Source: Catajapyx aquilonaris
Taxonomy: Eukaryota
Assembly: GCA_000934665.2 (NCBI GenBank)
Contig: JYFJ02003589.1
Location: 1 to 39,755 of the forward strand
Length of the DNA: 39,755 bases
Direction of reading: 5' to 3'
Below, one piece after another: positions 22,611-35,973 of this stretch (position 1 is the first letter of the stretch; every line of letters starts with the position of its first letter). The position numbers and the translations under genes are program-made. The notes under the pieces are model-generated. The model was not told where the DNA came from and ran no database searches. It was given only the letters and a program-made list of their open reading frames with translations.

Positions 22611-23964
22611 ATATGTTCTACTTAGATAATTATATCCTCATAGAATGATAAAATTTGTAAAATTCACATTTTTCCACATAAATATTTCATAGATGGTAGG
22701 GGAAATCGCGGGGGAAATATTCAGATTTTCCCACTTATTTTTATTTAAGCGGAAGAGAAATTTTTCAGTTTCCACATAATCTTCCGGCTTAATCAGCGAT
22801 ACTGGAAACATATTGATGACAAACATAGCCTACCAATGCTGATTGATTACATCGGTTGACAAAAAAAAGTCCGCTCTATTTTTAAGCCCCATTGTCAACA
22901 AGTATCCCCCGCCCCTTCCGGTTTTGTCAACATAGATACCCTTCCGGTTACTCATCAATTTTCCTACGCCAACAGTTAATTACACTATGTCAATATGCAA
23001 CCTGCATGTTTATTCCCAGGTGAGGCCAGCTAATTGCACCTGATTTTTTTTCCACTCTCTCTCTCTCTCCCCTGGATACAAAATGGCGCCCCACTTTTGA
23101 CCCCATTTTCTTCAAGGCTTTCTCTACATAATAAATGGCTACCTCCCTGGCACTACATCCAACAACAGCATCATCCCGAGCTTTGCAATTAGAATCCGGT
23201 TCTTAAAAATTGCAAGAAGTTGCATAGGAAAAAACTGGGCAAGTTCACACCACCCTTCCCCCCCTCCATTTTGGCTCCACCCTTTCCTAGTAATTCCCCG
23301 CAGTGCAAGACCCGTAAAATTGGGGGACGGAAAATTGCATTACTAGCTTACGTGCACATTTATTATTCAAAAACTTGAGAAGAAAAAAAAAGTATAGTAG
23401 AAACGGGATTGAAGTTTTTTTTTGTTGTCAACAAGAATGGTTCATTTGAACACCTGTGATTGGATAGATGCGGCAGGTGCTGTGAGGCTTCTAAGGACAT
23501 CAATCGTTGTGATTTGCTACAAGTTGGTCACCACCGTTATCTACGAAGCAATCATGGGGTCTGCTGAATCGATTAGAAAGGGAAACGGTGTGGTTATTCT
23601 GATGCATTGTTATTGCGACGAAAGTGGGACGCACAATATTGCGTTTCGTGTAACAATCGGTGTTGACGGAACGGAACGGAACGGGAGTTTTATTCCTGTC
23701 GTTTGTTGCTCTTTTCGTAAGCGCGTTAGAGGCAACAAGCTGACATAAACAAATAGACTGTAAAAGGCACAACAATACAAAACCAAAGCGCTTGTAGTAT
23801 ATATCAAAAAAATGTTTCGGACACACGCATAAGCACTCGATCAAGGTGAAAATCAGTATGGAAAAGCCACCATTTTAAGAGTTGATACTAGGAAAACGCT
23901 CGCTCTTTTCTGGGCCTACGGCCTGGGGTACCTATATACGGCGCACCATATCGCCGGGTAATGG

Positions 23965-24075
23965 ACAGTTTCCCCGGCAACCCAACAGGAGTTGTTTACA
24001 CCCCATTGCGCATGAGTAGAACGCGGGCCAATGGGGAGGTGGCGGTAACAATATGCGGCGGACCAATCAGATGGC
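23965..24075. promoter_or_regulatory. Promoter/enhancer-like motif cluster
   Basis: RFX X-box-like GTTTCCCCGGCAAC (23968-23981), FOX TGTTTAC (23993), NRF1-like TGCGCATG (24007), CCAAT at 24028 and 24063, in a CpG-rich patch. Confidence 0.4.
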
Positions 24076-24343
24076 TCGGCCAACTCCCGCAAGGATTTTA
24101 ATATTATAGATGTAGCGCCTTTTTCCATTATAATTTAATATTATTTACATAAATACAACGAAATCAAATGTAATAAAATATAATCAAACTAAACACAGAT
24201 AAATATCAGGGTCTTCCAAATTCGTTCGTCGTTCTTTTATAACTGATATCGCCTGATGTCAGTTATTTTTTGTAGTTTGCCCCCCATTGTAACTGCTATA
24301 TTCAACCCCCTGGGAGAAATGGGGCAGCTGGTTAGGGACTCAA

Positions 24344-24532
24344 CAAGCTCCAAAAATAACATATATATCGAGCGATATCAGTTATTTTTGTAGCCAGTTC
24401 GTAACCAGTCAATAACCAATACAATAATTAACGAATTATTATTCTTTAACTGTTGTATTAGTTATCGACTGGTTACGAACCACCTACAAAATAACTGATA
24501 TCGCCCCATACAAGTTATTTTTGGGTAGCTTG
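24344..24532. repeat. Inverted repeat, arms ~80 bp
   Basis: GCGATATCAGTTATTTTTGTAG..GTTCGTAACCAGTC mirrored by GACTGGTTACGAAC..CTACAAAATAACTGATATCGC. Confidence 0.85.
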
Positions 24533-24539
24533 GTGTGAC

Positions 24540-25012
24540 TAAATATAACTAATACAATAGTTCCTTATTAATTATTGACAAAATGTGACTAATACAATCA
24601 TTAATTATTGACCAAATGTGACTAATACAATCATTAATTATTGACAAATATGACTAATGCAATCATTAATTATTAATTATTGACAAAATATGGCTAATAC
24701 AATTATTAATGATTCATTATTGACTAAATATAACTAATACCATAATTAACAAAAATAATTGACGAAATATAACTAATACAATCATTAACAAATAATATTT
24801 GACGAAATATAACTAAACAATAATTAATGAAATATAACTGATACAATAATTAATGAAATATAACTAATACAATAATTAATGAAATATAACTAATACAATA
24901 ATTAATGAAATATAACTGATACAATAATTAATGAAATATAACTAATACAATAATTAATGAAATATAACTGATACAATAATTAACGAATAATAATTGACGA
25001 CGTAACTAATAC
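24540..25012. repeat. 26-30-bp AT-rich minisatellite (AATATAACTAATACAATAATTAATGA)
   Basis: Direct reading; most homogeneous at 24830-24985. Confidence 0.9.
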
Positions 25013-26955
25013 AGAAAAGCTAACCCTGTATAGAACCATTTAATAGTATAAAATGAATGAAACATAATGCAATTCAATACCATAACAGTACAGTCCAATG
25101 GCATAGCTGTCGTCTGGTAAAACTAGCCATTTATTGACTAGTAACATATGCCAATAGACTCTAGGTATAGAGTAGGAGGGAAATGAAGTTTCGATTTTCT
25201 ACGCACCGAAACTAGTCCAGTCCTGGCAAATTGCAGGTCTAGGGTTGATAACCCAGGCCGCAAGCAAACCCCAGACATTCTACGATTGTCGATACCCATC
25301 AACAATCTGTCGCAAACCTAAACCATACCCACCCTTAACAAAAATCACGTCCATCTTTTTTTTGTTGTTGTTGAAACCCTCCTCCTGCTATACGAGAACT
25401 AATTTGTCAGCAAAAACTTTTTACCCTGATAAATTTTTTTTCTCCCGGATTGTGGGAGGGAGGGGGGTCCCCGCTTTCTATTTGTTCTTCCGAAATTGAG
25501 TTTACCTCGAGACGGAATTTTTCGTGGGGGACTCCGAGAGCTGGAAAAAAAGGGGTTATAAATTCCGTTTTATCTCGTTGGGTTGGCTTCCAAAAAATAT
25601 GGCTCCATTCTGACTCCCATAAGGGTTACAAACTTTAAAAATATATATATAAAAAACTTGAAAAAAATATATCCAAAATATTCGAGTCGAAGGAAACAGT
25701 TGTGACGATAGCACTAATAAACGATACTGAGTAACCTTCGAATTGGCGAAAAAAAGTGGTTCGATCGATAGGCGATAGTTGTCCGGTTGGTATACCTGCC
25801 CCTCCGGATAAAGAGACGTGGCCGGAATATCCGGGTTTCAAAATGGGGAACACTAAATGTTTGCGATTTTCTACTGTAGATATACTAACTGCAAGTCAGT
25901 TATAACTGTTATGTTGTTAATGCTATTTTAGCAGGGTTTTAACTAATGGTATGGTTAATATAGGATGCTATTTGGGCAGCTATTAGCTAAAGTTGTTATT
26001 TTAACAGTTACAACTGGTTAAAAGAAAGAAGCAATTACATCTAATAACTACACAAGTTATCATTTAATTTAATATTTTGAAATAAATATTAGCTAAAGTA
26101 GTTGTTTAATAATAACAACTGGTTAAAGAATAATTTAAATCTAATAACTACACAAGTTATCAATTAATTAAATGGCAAAATGAATATGCACATTGTCAGT
26201 TAATTTAATTCAAATAATTCAGCAAATTCCATTAACTAAGTTAAAATAAATGCGTGAGTTATTAATTAATTTAATTGAAATAGCAAATAATATCAATTGA
26301 AATGAACAGAATTTCCAAATATACAATCAGTTAAAATAAATAAGTGACATTAATAATTTCCAAAAAATCCGATAAAAATAGTTGCTACTACTATTGGGTT
26401 GAATTTAACTTTTTATAGGCCTTATTAAATAAAAATATGCCCGTAAATGTTTAAAAATGTTCCTCTAACGCCCTAAAATCGCCATGGCTATCATATAGTT
26501 CTGTACCCTCTATTTTCTCTATTACTTCATTACCCTTTGAACTATCCCCGCCGCCTATTATATTACCCCTACATGGATGGTAGGCTAGTAAATAACCGAA
26601 AAATAAAAGGCTTAATTGCCGAAATCGCTACTTAACATGGCAAGTAACGGCTTACAAAATGGGCCTGATAGTCTTAAATCGCTGCATAATAGCCGCCAAG
26701 ATAACAGGGCTAATATGCGATTGTGAACACCTGTACTTTATTTGCTATTTATGTAGCGAGTAACAGGTTGCACAAAAACTAAGCTGAAACCAGTTTTTCC
26801 ACTGATCCATGCCAAGTTTTTCCAAATTTTTAGTTGATAACTGTTCCTTAAATTACGGACTGTTATAGCACTTAAACAAGGATTAGCCAAGGAGTTAACC
26901 ACTTCGGTACTCCGGTGTACACCTGCAGTGGTACTCTCTACTCCTTAGGTGTATT

Positions 26956-27641
26956 TTTTTTTAGTTGTACCCCGTTATCTGGCCGATAGGTCATTTCCAG
27001 GGGGGTGGATTACCACCATTTGGGGTTTGGAGCGATGTACATGAATATACTTAATTGCTCCAAGGGTAATTAGGAGGGGATGTGCAAAGTGCAAGTGCGC
27101 TGTCGTTAATTGGTCATTTTGTGGGGGGAGGCACGGTGGCCGAGATGGTAACGTCTCGGCTTGCTATGCGAAAGGTCCCGGGTTCAAATCCCCACCCGGG
27201 AGTAAACCTTTCGCTTGCGTCAATGGGTCGTGACCCGCGCCTAAGGAGGCGTCTTGGCAACCTGACCTCCTGGGGGACTGCACCTGGCCCACCGCTGGAC
27301 AATGCACCTGCACATGTGTCCCCTCCCCAAACCCCCAACCCTTACCCAATTTCCTAGTATTCCTTGCACCGGTGACCGAAGAAAAAAATTAATTAGAAAA
27401 CTGTATGGTGGTCTGCCACCCCCCTATAACAACCAAGAGGCTGTATCACGGGGTAAATGAAAAAAAAAATGTCATTTTGTGAACTCCCCCGGGTGGCTTA
27501 GTCTATCGGAAATTGCCACCCGAAACGAAGCCAGAGATGGCCCAACTCTGCACGAAAGAAGGTGGGAACCCCGGGTGGGGATTGAACCCGGGACCTTAAC
27601 TTCCGTGGGCGCGCGCGTTACCGCCGCGCCACTCCGTCTCC
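26956..27641 (-). mobile_element. tRNA-derived SINE (outer, minus strand)
   Basis: Minus-strand head with A-box TGGCGCGGCGG and B-box GGTTCAATCCC; poly(A) seen as T-run 26954-26962; TSD ACTCCTTAGGTGTATT (26940-26955, 27642-27657). Confidence 0.85.
27124..27470 (+). mobile_element. tRNA(Ala-like)-headed SINE (inner)
   Basis: A-box TGGCCGAGATGG, B-box GGTTCAAATCC, poly(A) 27460-27469, TSD GTCATTTTGTG (27113-27123, 27471-27481). Confidence 0.9.
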
Positions 27642-29262
27642 ACTCCTTAGGTGTATTACTCTTTGGTAATCCTTGGTACTCCTTGAATTAGGTACTCTCT
27701 ACTCCTTAGGTGTATTACTCTTTGGTAATCCTTGGTACTCCTTGAATTTGGTACTCTCTACTCCTTAGGTGTATTACTCTTTGGTAATCCTTGGTACTCC
27801 TTGAATTTGGTACTCTCTACTCCTTAGGTGTATTACTCTTTGGTAATCCTTGGTACTCCTTGAATTTGGTACTCCTAAACTCCTTGGTCCTGCTTGAATT
27901 TGGTACTGCTTGAATTTGGTACTGCTTGAATTTGGTACTCCTTGAATTTGGTACTCCTAAACTCCTCGGTACTGCTTGAATTTGGTACTCCTTGAATTTG
28001 GTACTCCTAAACTTCTTGGTACTCCTTGAATTTGGTACTCCTAAACTCCTCGGTACTGCTTGAATTTGGTACTCCTAAACTCCTTGGTACTGCTTGAATT
28101 TGGTACTCCTTGAATTTCTTTCTCCAGTGTACACTTTACAGTCGAGTGGCTAACCCCTTGTGATCAGCTATTAACGGGCGGTTAAAGGTCTGGTTATCTC
28201 TCAACTGTCGAGTAAAACACTCCCTACTTTAACACCATTTTTTTGTCCAGTTAGTTAGTAACCATAACCAGTCGATTAGGCTTCGTTGCAAGTACATTTA
28301 ACCAGTAGTTTAACCAACTGGTTAATTCTTTATATTATTTACTGCCAGTTTTCTCTAGTAAACAGTTGGAAGGAGCTTAATCAGTCGTTTAAACGGCCGG
28401 TTAAATCTCAACTGAACATTCCAACCTTAACTGACCGTTTTATTCAAGTACCAGTAACCAGCTGATTAAGAATAATCAGTCGTTTAAAGGCCCGGCTATA
28501 ATTTACAGTGTTGCCATGTTCTCGCTCTTACTCCAAGCTTAACCGACTGACCAACTTCTACTTGTATATATCAAGGATCGATTGAATACTTAATCAGATT
28601 TTGGGTCTTGGAAACCCGGTCGCGGTCAAAAAGTTAGACACGGACCCTGGGAGACCGAATGTCACCTGGTCACGCCAACCGGCCAACGGTCAATACTTGA
28701 CATAACCGACCACCCCTGATTTCGTCATAAAGCACATGTCACTGTCACAAATAGAAAATAGAGCCGGTATGGGAATACACCAGGAAGGAGGCAATGTGTC
28801 TCGTTTTCGACAAATGAAAACGTGGGAATAGGACTCTGGACCCACCAATCAGGGTCGTAAATCTAAGTAGATGTCAGTAAAAAAAAATAGCACGCAGGTG
28901 AGGTCCATTACCTGGCACGAATAGAGTAGGCCTAGCCATTACTGAGATCTGGAAATGTCTGTAGTTAACTTGGGCGATCGGAAAAACTTTGCTCTGGCCC
29001 ACTCCTAGGAGCGCGCTTAGGACTGTTAAGCACGCCCCCAAGCGTGACTCTCACGTAAGCTCGGCCTTGGAAAGGGCGCATTCGTGCGGGCGACACCCTA
29101 AAAATATAATTGGAAGGAAAACTATTGGAAAATCTAATATTAGGGATCTAATAGCGGAGAACAAGTTGCATTAAAATGACTTGGTCACCACCAAGGCCCA
29201 TCATTTACATATCTGCATTTTGTAACTATTTTCTCCAAACCCCTGCTACGTAAATAACTATA

Positions 29263-29425
29263 GGCCGTATTCAGAGTCAACAAGAGTTTAGTGCAGTGCT
29301 TTAAACCACGTGACCCAGTTCACTAAGAAAAGTCGCATGCAGAGTCGCGCTTTTGGCCTAGTTCGGGCCTAGTGCGGACTTAGTGCGATCCTGCTAAAGC
29401 GGTGCACTAAGGCAAAACTTAGTGA
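29263..29425 (+). mobile_element. Possible PIF/Harbinger-type MITE end (truncated)
   Basis: TA|GGCCGTATTCAGAGTC start with recurring CTTAGTG/CACTAAG motifs; no partner TIR found. Confidence 0.3.
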
Positions 29426-31119
29426 AGGGGACCCTATGATTATAATCCTATCTAAGTTTTACATAACTTTACCTAACCGTATCTAACCGTTACATAACCT
29501 TACTTGACCCTACCTTTTTGTCCCGAACAGTACATCCGGGTACCCGCAGGTCCTAACCCGATTTCATGATTAACCGGCCACTTTCTTAACCCCGTAGCCA
29601 AAAAGCAATTGGCCTCACAACCGCCATCGTCCTTAATGAAATCTGGTGGGAGCCCAAATTACATTGTGACCCTGGGTAAGATTATCAGGCTGGAAGGCAA
29701 GGTGTCCCCCATCACTGGGCATCCTGGACTGGATCCAAAATGGGGGGTAAGTCGACGCCAATAATCTGGGCGCCAACCATGGAAAATTCTGTGGCTGTCT
29801 GAGGCGCACCTTCTTACGAGACAATCGGATTTATATCAGGGTAAATTATTTTTAGGGGACGTAACGTTGCGCTGTTTCCACACCAGGAGCGGCGCAGTTT
29901 CAGGGTGTGTTCGGGTGGCCATGCATTATGCATGGGGCTGCCAATAACGCGGCGAGTGGACCGAGGGATGGTCCTTTTTCAATCCCACGAATGGCCGGTG
30001 ATAAAAATCAAACATGGCGTGTTGTTTGGGGACAGAGAAAAAAATGTGGATATAACGTTGGCGTCGTATGGCGGCCATGTTGGAGTGAACCTAGCGACGA
30101 GTATGGGAACCAACGTAAAAACTGATATTGAATGTTACGTGCTTACAATTAATTTTAAAAAGGTTTAAAAATTGCACCGTCATTGGCTAATGTTAGGTTG
30201 GCCCAAGGCTATGCGCCATTTTGAATCCATCGCCCCTTTCCACCTTCATTTTTGGTCCAACCTTCAATAGGCTTATGCAACATCCACTCTTTAATGTCGC
30301 CTCGAATTACAAATCACTCCCTTTTCTACAAAGGAGTACCCCCGCTATATGACATCCCTTAGTCAAACTTTTGATAAAAAATGGCGCCCTCTATATACCC
30401 CTCCCGGCCAGTACAAACACGGGTCTTTACAAAACGGGTCCTATCCGAAATTTCAAAGCCCATCAGCAGCGTGACAGAGCACCTAATTCGGTGGATGGAC
30501 TCTCATAGATTTCCGGCACATAGTTCGTGGGAAGGTTTGACAGCTGGGAGAGAGATGTGCAATAATAAGCTAACTATTACAAATAACGGACGGGGAGACC
30601 CAGGATTGTTGGCAGGGAGGTCGCATAAAGTTGGACTCAAAATGGTGGTGGGAAGTTTTTAGAAGGGCAATATGCAGGCCCCCCTCATTTTCTTGGCCAG
30701 GTTTCAAGGAAATGCAAGGCTTTACCCCCTCCCCTCCCCAGAAAGTAACAGAAACCGCGACATTTCATAAATTTTTATAACGTTTCGCAAATTCATGAGG
30801 TTTTCCCAGCCGTGGAGACACTATGAAAATGAATGAAATTCGCGGCCATTTTTATGCGTCGAATATTTTCCACGTCGCGTTTCCTGCCAAAATGTCGCCG
30901 GGAGGTGGGCAATCAGGATCTGCACAGGGTGACTCAATATCATGCTAACCAAACCTGGACAAACAAACAAACAAACATTACCTGTTATAATAATGGATAT
31001 AAATAAATAAATAGACGATTATACATATAATTAAATGTAGATGAACAAATAAATGAATTGAGGAACAAATACATAAATAAATGGAGGAACAAATAAATAA
31101 ATAAATAAATAACAAAATG

Positions 31120-31516
31120 AATTAGTGAATGACTGAATGAATAGAGAATGAGTGAATATATGAGTGAATGAATTAATGTGAGTGAATGAGTGAATATATG
31201 AGTGAATGAATTAATGTGAGTGAATGAGTGAATATATGAGTGAATGAATGAATGCGAGTGAATGAATATGTGAGTGAATGAGTGGATATGTGAGTGAATA
31301 TATGAATGAACGAGTGAATGAATTAATATGTGAGTGAATATATGAGTGAATGAGTGAATATGAGTGAATGAGTGAATATATGAGTGAATGAAAGAAAGAG
31401 TGAACGAGTGAATATATGAGTGAATGAGTGAATGAAAGAAAGAGTGAATGAGTGAATGAAAGAATGAGTGAATGAAAGAAAGAGTGAATGAGTGAATGAA
31501 AGAATGAGTGAATGAA
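31120..31516. repeat. Compound (GAGT/GAAT)n microsatellite
   Basis: Direct reading. Confidence 0.95.
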
Positions 31517-34490
31517 TCTAGGGAATTAGTAAATAATTTAAGAAATCAATGCATAAGTAAATAAATAAGTAAATATCCAGCAAGCAATACGTAACTGAAA
31601 TAAATAGCTAGTAAATAAAAAGAGTAACTAGTATATAACAAACGAGCAATCAGGCAAACAAACAAACAAACAAATGTATAAATACGATCGTGACTATGGC
31701 AACAGAGGTATGACTATACGATTATAACAATTAAACAACAGTCGGCAAACAGAACAATGTCGCAAACATGATAATGGAATTTTAATTCGACGTGTAATCT
31801 TTTATATTACATTTCAGACACATTAACTGCAGATTAGTGCCAAAAGTTTATCGTAACTTCAGCTCCGACTTGGACCACTCCAATTCCCCACTGATGAAGT
31901 CAGTTACCAAAATTGGCCAACCAGACTTATAAGTCCATGATACTTTCCCCAAGTGGCAGGCTTGTGGATAACAAAAAAAAAGAGAGCGACTCAATACCCA
32001 TTACAACCCCTAATTCGCCGAGATATAAACCCCCCTGCCTCGGTTTCCATCCCTTTAAAATGTAGCATTAACCCCCCCCCCCCCTCTATACACTACGCTC
32101 TATTATGAAAATTAATGGACTAGAGATTTAGATATCCGGAGAGAGAGTTTTTAGCAGAGATTTTTGGGAGGGCCAATTGACCAGTGGCTTAGCTCTAACT
32201 GATTCAGATTACGTGCAATCACCTGCACGAATCTATATATTTTTTTAGGAGTCGTAACTAGAGGGTGTAATTAGGACATTATTTAGAAGGAAAAGGTCGC
32301 GAAGGAAGTCGACCGAGAAGGCGACGACGGGGATTAAGACGTGCATGCCAATTAGAAAGGCGATTAATTATTCAGACGACGTTCTTGGGGGGGGTGAATT
32401 ATTGCCAGCTTTTGCCTCCTCCAAGCAACCTCTTGGAAAGCTCGTAATCACAGGACTGCTTTGAGGGCCATTGTCTTCTGGATGGATGCAAAATGGCGGA
32501 AACAATGTGGCTGGAAAAACGATGGGGTTTGTTTATAGAATAGGCGACAAAGAAGGGACTCATTTGGACGTTTGCGAAACAATGTGAGTGGCGGACTATT
32601 GTTAGTGGCTTGAATTTTTTTTTGTGTGTGTGTGTGTGGTTCCAACGACTGATTGTCGCTTATTCAGACTGATGATCGCCATTCATGAGTATTTCCAGCT
32701 GTGGAGGCGGACTCAACAATGTACAGTTTAGGACGATTGGAAGCGAGAATTACGTGGATTCAGATGATTGCACTGCATAGTTCTGTCACAAATGACCTAA
32801 AATGGTCTGCATGGTCGGTGTTATGCAATAATATGTCAACCCACAAAAATGTCAAAAATTGAGTAACCCCAGGAACATATACCTAAAGGCTCCTACTTAA
32901 TTCTGCCAGAAATGACCGAAGACAACACTGAATTAATTTCACAAAACTGCTCTCATGTGGGTTGACTCATTATTGCATAACACCGTCCAATTATTGCAAT
33001 TTTTCACCTGCGCCATATTTACCTGCCTTTGCAAAATTTCACATTGTCCTTTTTGTTTTTCGGCCCCCCCAAAAAATCAAGATGTGCCACCCAACAATGG
33101 CGGTCGGTGCAAAATGGTCCGCATTTAATCCCCACAACCACCGATAATCCCATGCCCGTTAAGCCCCCTTTCCGCAACGTGAGAACCGCCATCGCCCTTC
33201 TCATTTGTCACTCGAGTGGAATATGACGCATCTGCCACACCGAAAAAGCCCCCCCCCCNNNCTCTCTCTAACAAACTAGAAATGTTACATGTTCCCATCA
33301 GGCAAAAAATTTGTAGTTTCCCTCCGTCCCGTCCGGCCATTTTCGCCGCCATGATGAGCCCTTTTGGGTGTCATTTGTCACCTACTTGACCAGCTGTTTT
33401 GCAGTAGCCCCTGACAGAATGCAGAGAGGTGAAAAATATGGAAATGAAGCGGCATCTACACTATGATTTTTGCGAATTTTGACAACCCATATCACAGTGT
33501 CCGGATGTGTCCCTTGATGTGTCCTATAATTGCATTTTTTGTCTTTACAAGTGCTCCTAAGAGACTCTGTAAGTCTGTAGATCAAGCTTTAAAGGTCGTA
33601 TTACTGCAACCTGACCACTAGAGTACTAGACACTTCTACAGTACAAAACGTGAGAATCTGCACAATTTTTTTAGGAAACTGTTCTATGCCTGCAGACTCC
33701 GGAACTCCTCCAAAAGCACTACAATGTCTACGCACTGACCTCGCTTTTTTCTCTCTCTCTCTCGCTGCGACTACACTTTCTCGCTCAAGCTCCAAGGCAC
33801 CAGACCTCGAAACACGAATCCTGCATTAAGCCTGTATGAAAATTTAGGCTTTTCCTTTTTCCCCCCTCCTAAATCCGTGATGTGACTAGGCTTAAAGCTA
33901 ATTTTTTTGTGGACTGTAACTATCTTAGTTTTTACAGAGTATGTTTCACGGTGTCCTAAACAAGAGTCAGGTAATCTTCCACAGGTGGATTCAGGCTGCA
34001 TCCGCAGTTGCAAAAGGATTGGGACGGGGGGGCCATATTGATCCATTCGGTCTATGCAACCACCGTAACAGGGCTGCAGACTCTAGGTATAGTACAGGGT
34101 AGGGTATAGGGATGTGTACCTTTACTCTCTCAAAGTCTGCAAACTCACTGCGGAACTTTCAGATTCCGCAAAAAAATAGCAAATTTTACTCGATAAAAGC
34201 TGATAATGTACAATCATATAAGGAGCGAATGATTTTATTCATTTGTCAATAATTGGGAGAGGCGAATTCATTTTAGTGCATAAATATATGCATTGTGTGC
34301 ATCTTTAAATTTTAAGTGTGAATATCATTTGCCAACTTAAAACTGACAAGCGAGATCCCTTTATTCATTTTAGTAATACATGTACATAAATATATGCATT
34401 GAGTACATGTTTAAAAATATTCACACTTTGAATTTGAAAATGCATACATGAGAATATATTTATGCATTTTACAATGAATATATGGATATG

Positions 34491-35032
34491 CAATTGGGTA
34501 ACCACTCGACTGAAAAGTGTACACTGGAGTAGGCCTACCAAATTCAAGGAGTACCTGGGAGTACCACACGTATAGGTGTACATCGGAGTACCACACGTAT
34601 AGGTGTACATCGGAGTACCACACGTATAGGTGTACATCGGAGTGCCAAAGAGAAAGGTACCTAAGGAGGTGGGAGTACCACTCGTATAGGTGTACACTGG
34701 AGTACCAAAGAGTAAGGTACCTAAGGAGGTGGGAGTACCACTCGTATAGGTGTACACTGGAGTACCAAAGAGTAAGGTACCTAAGGAGGTGGGAGTACCA
34801 CTCGTATAGGTGTACAACGGAGTGCCAAAGAGTAAGGTACCTAAGAAGTACCTGGGGGTACAACTCGTATAGGTGTACACACGGAGTGCCAAAGAGAAAG
34901 GTACCTAAGGAGTACCTGGGAGTACCACTCGTAGGTGTACACCGGAGTGCCAAAGAGTAAGGTGCCTAAGGAGTACCTGGGAGTACCACTCATATAGGTG
35001 TACACCGGAGTACCGAAGTGGTTACCCCCTTG
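34491..35032 (-). mobile_element. hAT-like GGTACTCC MITE (copy 3, inverted)
   Basis: Ends CAATTGGGTAACCACT / AGTGGTTACCCCCTTG; same subterminal blocks as copies 1-2 in reverse complement; 27-bp and 60-bp internal units; flanks TGGATATG / GGGAAATA (5/8). Confidence 0.8.
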
Positions 35033-35973
35033 GGGAAATATTATTCATCTGTCCCAATTGGCAAGCGAATAAAAATAACTCAGTGTTCAGTACGTTTCAC
35101 CCTGTAGTTTTGTGGTTGCAATCCACAATGATGCATAATTTACACCTAGAAAAGTCCTGCAATTTATTATACGCTTTGTTTCATCCCATATCATTCCGCC
35201 TACAAATAGAATTCAAAATTTCAGTCCCCGCAAAAATTTAGCTGCATTTTTTTTGCACACTCGGAACATACTGCATCGCGCTTGAAAATCATTACTGGCT
35301 ACTGTTTGAAAATGTTTCAGGTCATACCTTTGCTACATCGCATTTCATAGTCAGATCAGGGAATTGGAAAAAAAGTAGTGTAGTCTACTATTTGGCTATA
35401 CTAATGGCTGTGGGGCTAGAATCGTTGGGGGAAAAAAAGTACAGGAAAAGGAATGGCGTCACCGGATCGAAGAGATCAATGCTAATGGGATATAAACATT
35501 AATGACAAATGCTTTTTTGCATGCGGAAGCAGCTAGTTCTGGTTTTTTGCAAAGCGAAGGCCTTACAGTCAATTTTTATGTCCCTTTTTTAAAGCTGAGT
35601 GGGACCGACTTCTCTCTCATTTTTTTTTTTGCGAATCTCAAAATTGGGTAAAAGTTGATCGCATTTTTTGGCAGACCACTCTATAAAGCTTTGGGAGGAG
35701 TTTTGAAAACATCGCAGATGTGCGGTAATCAGATAAGTTATGGGGTTTGGCGGAGTGGAAACAAAAAAAAGATTTGTGGGATTGGGTTGAACTATGCACA
35801 AAAAATATGGGCTCAGTTAGAAATGAAGTGATGAATAATTATAAACGTAGAAATTAATAAAATTAATTAAAAATGAAATTGTCGCACTGATGATTTAATT
35901 AAGAGATGTCTAGGCTGTAATTGGATGTAAAAATATTAATGAATGTCAATAAGAGTCAAAATTAGTGATATAC

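Larger units (their letters stand above)
26888..28160 (+). mobile_element. hAT-like GGTACTCC MITE (copy 2), interrupted by nested SINEs
   Basis: TIR CAAGGAGTTAACCACT / AGTGGCTAACCCCTTG; 8-bp flanks GGATTAGC / TGATCAGC; 59-bp internal unit 27642-27875, then 17-bp-type units. Confidence 0.85.

Noticed and set aside
33125..33352. Minus-strand first exon MAAKMAGRDGGKLQ
   Set aside because: ATGGCGGC/AAAATGGCC are the ubiquitous YY1-like motif here; no convincing splice donor or recognisable protein, and the ORF crosses Ns
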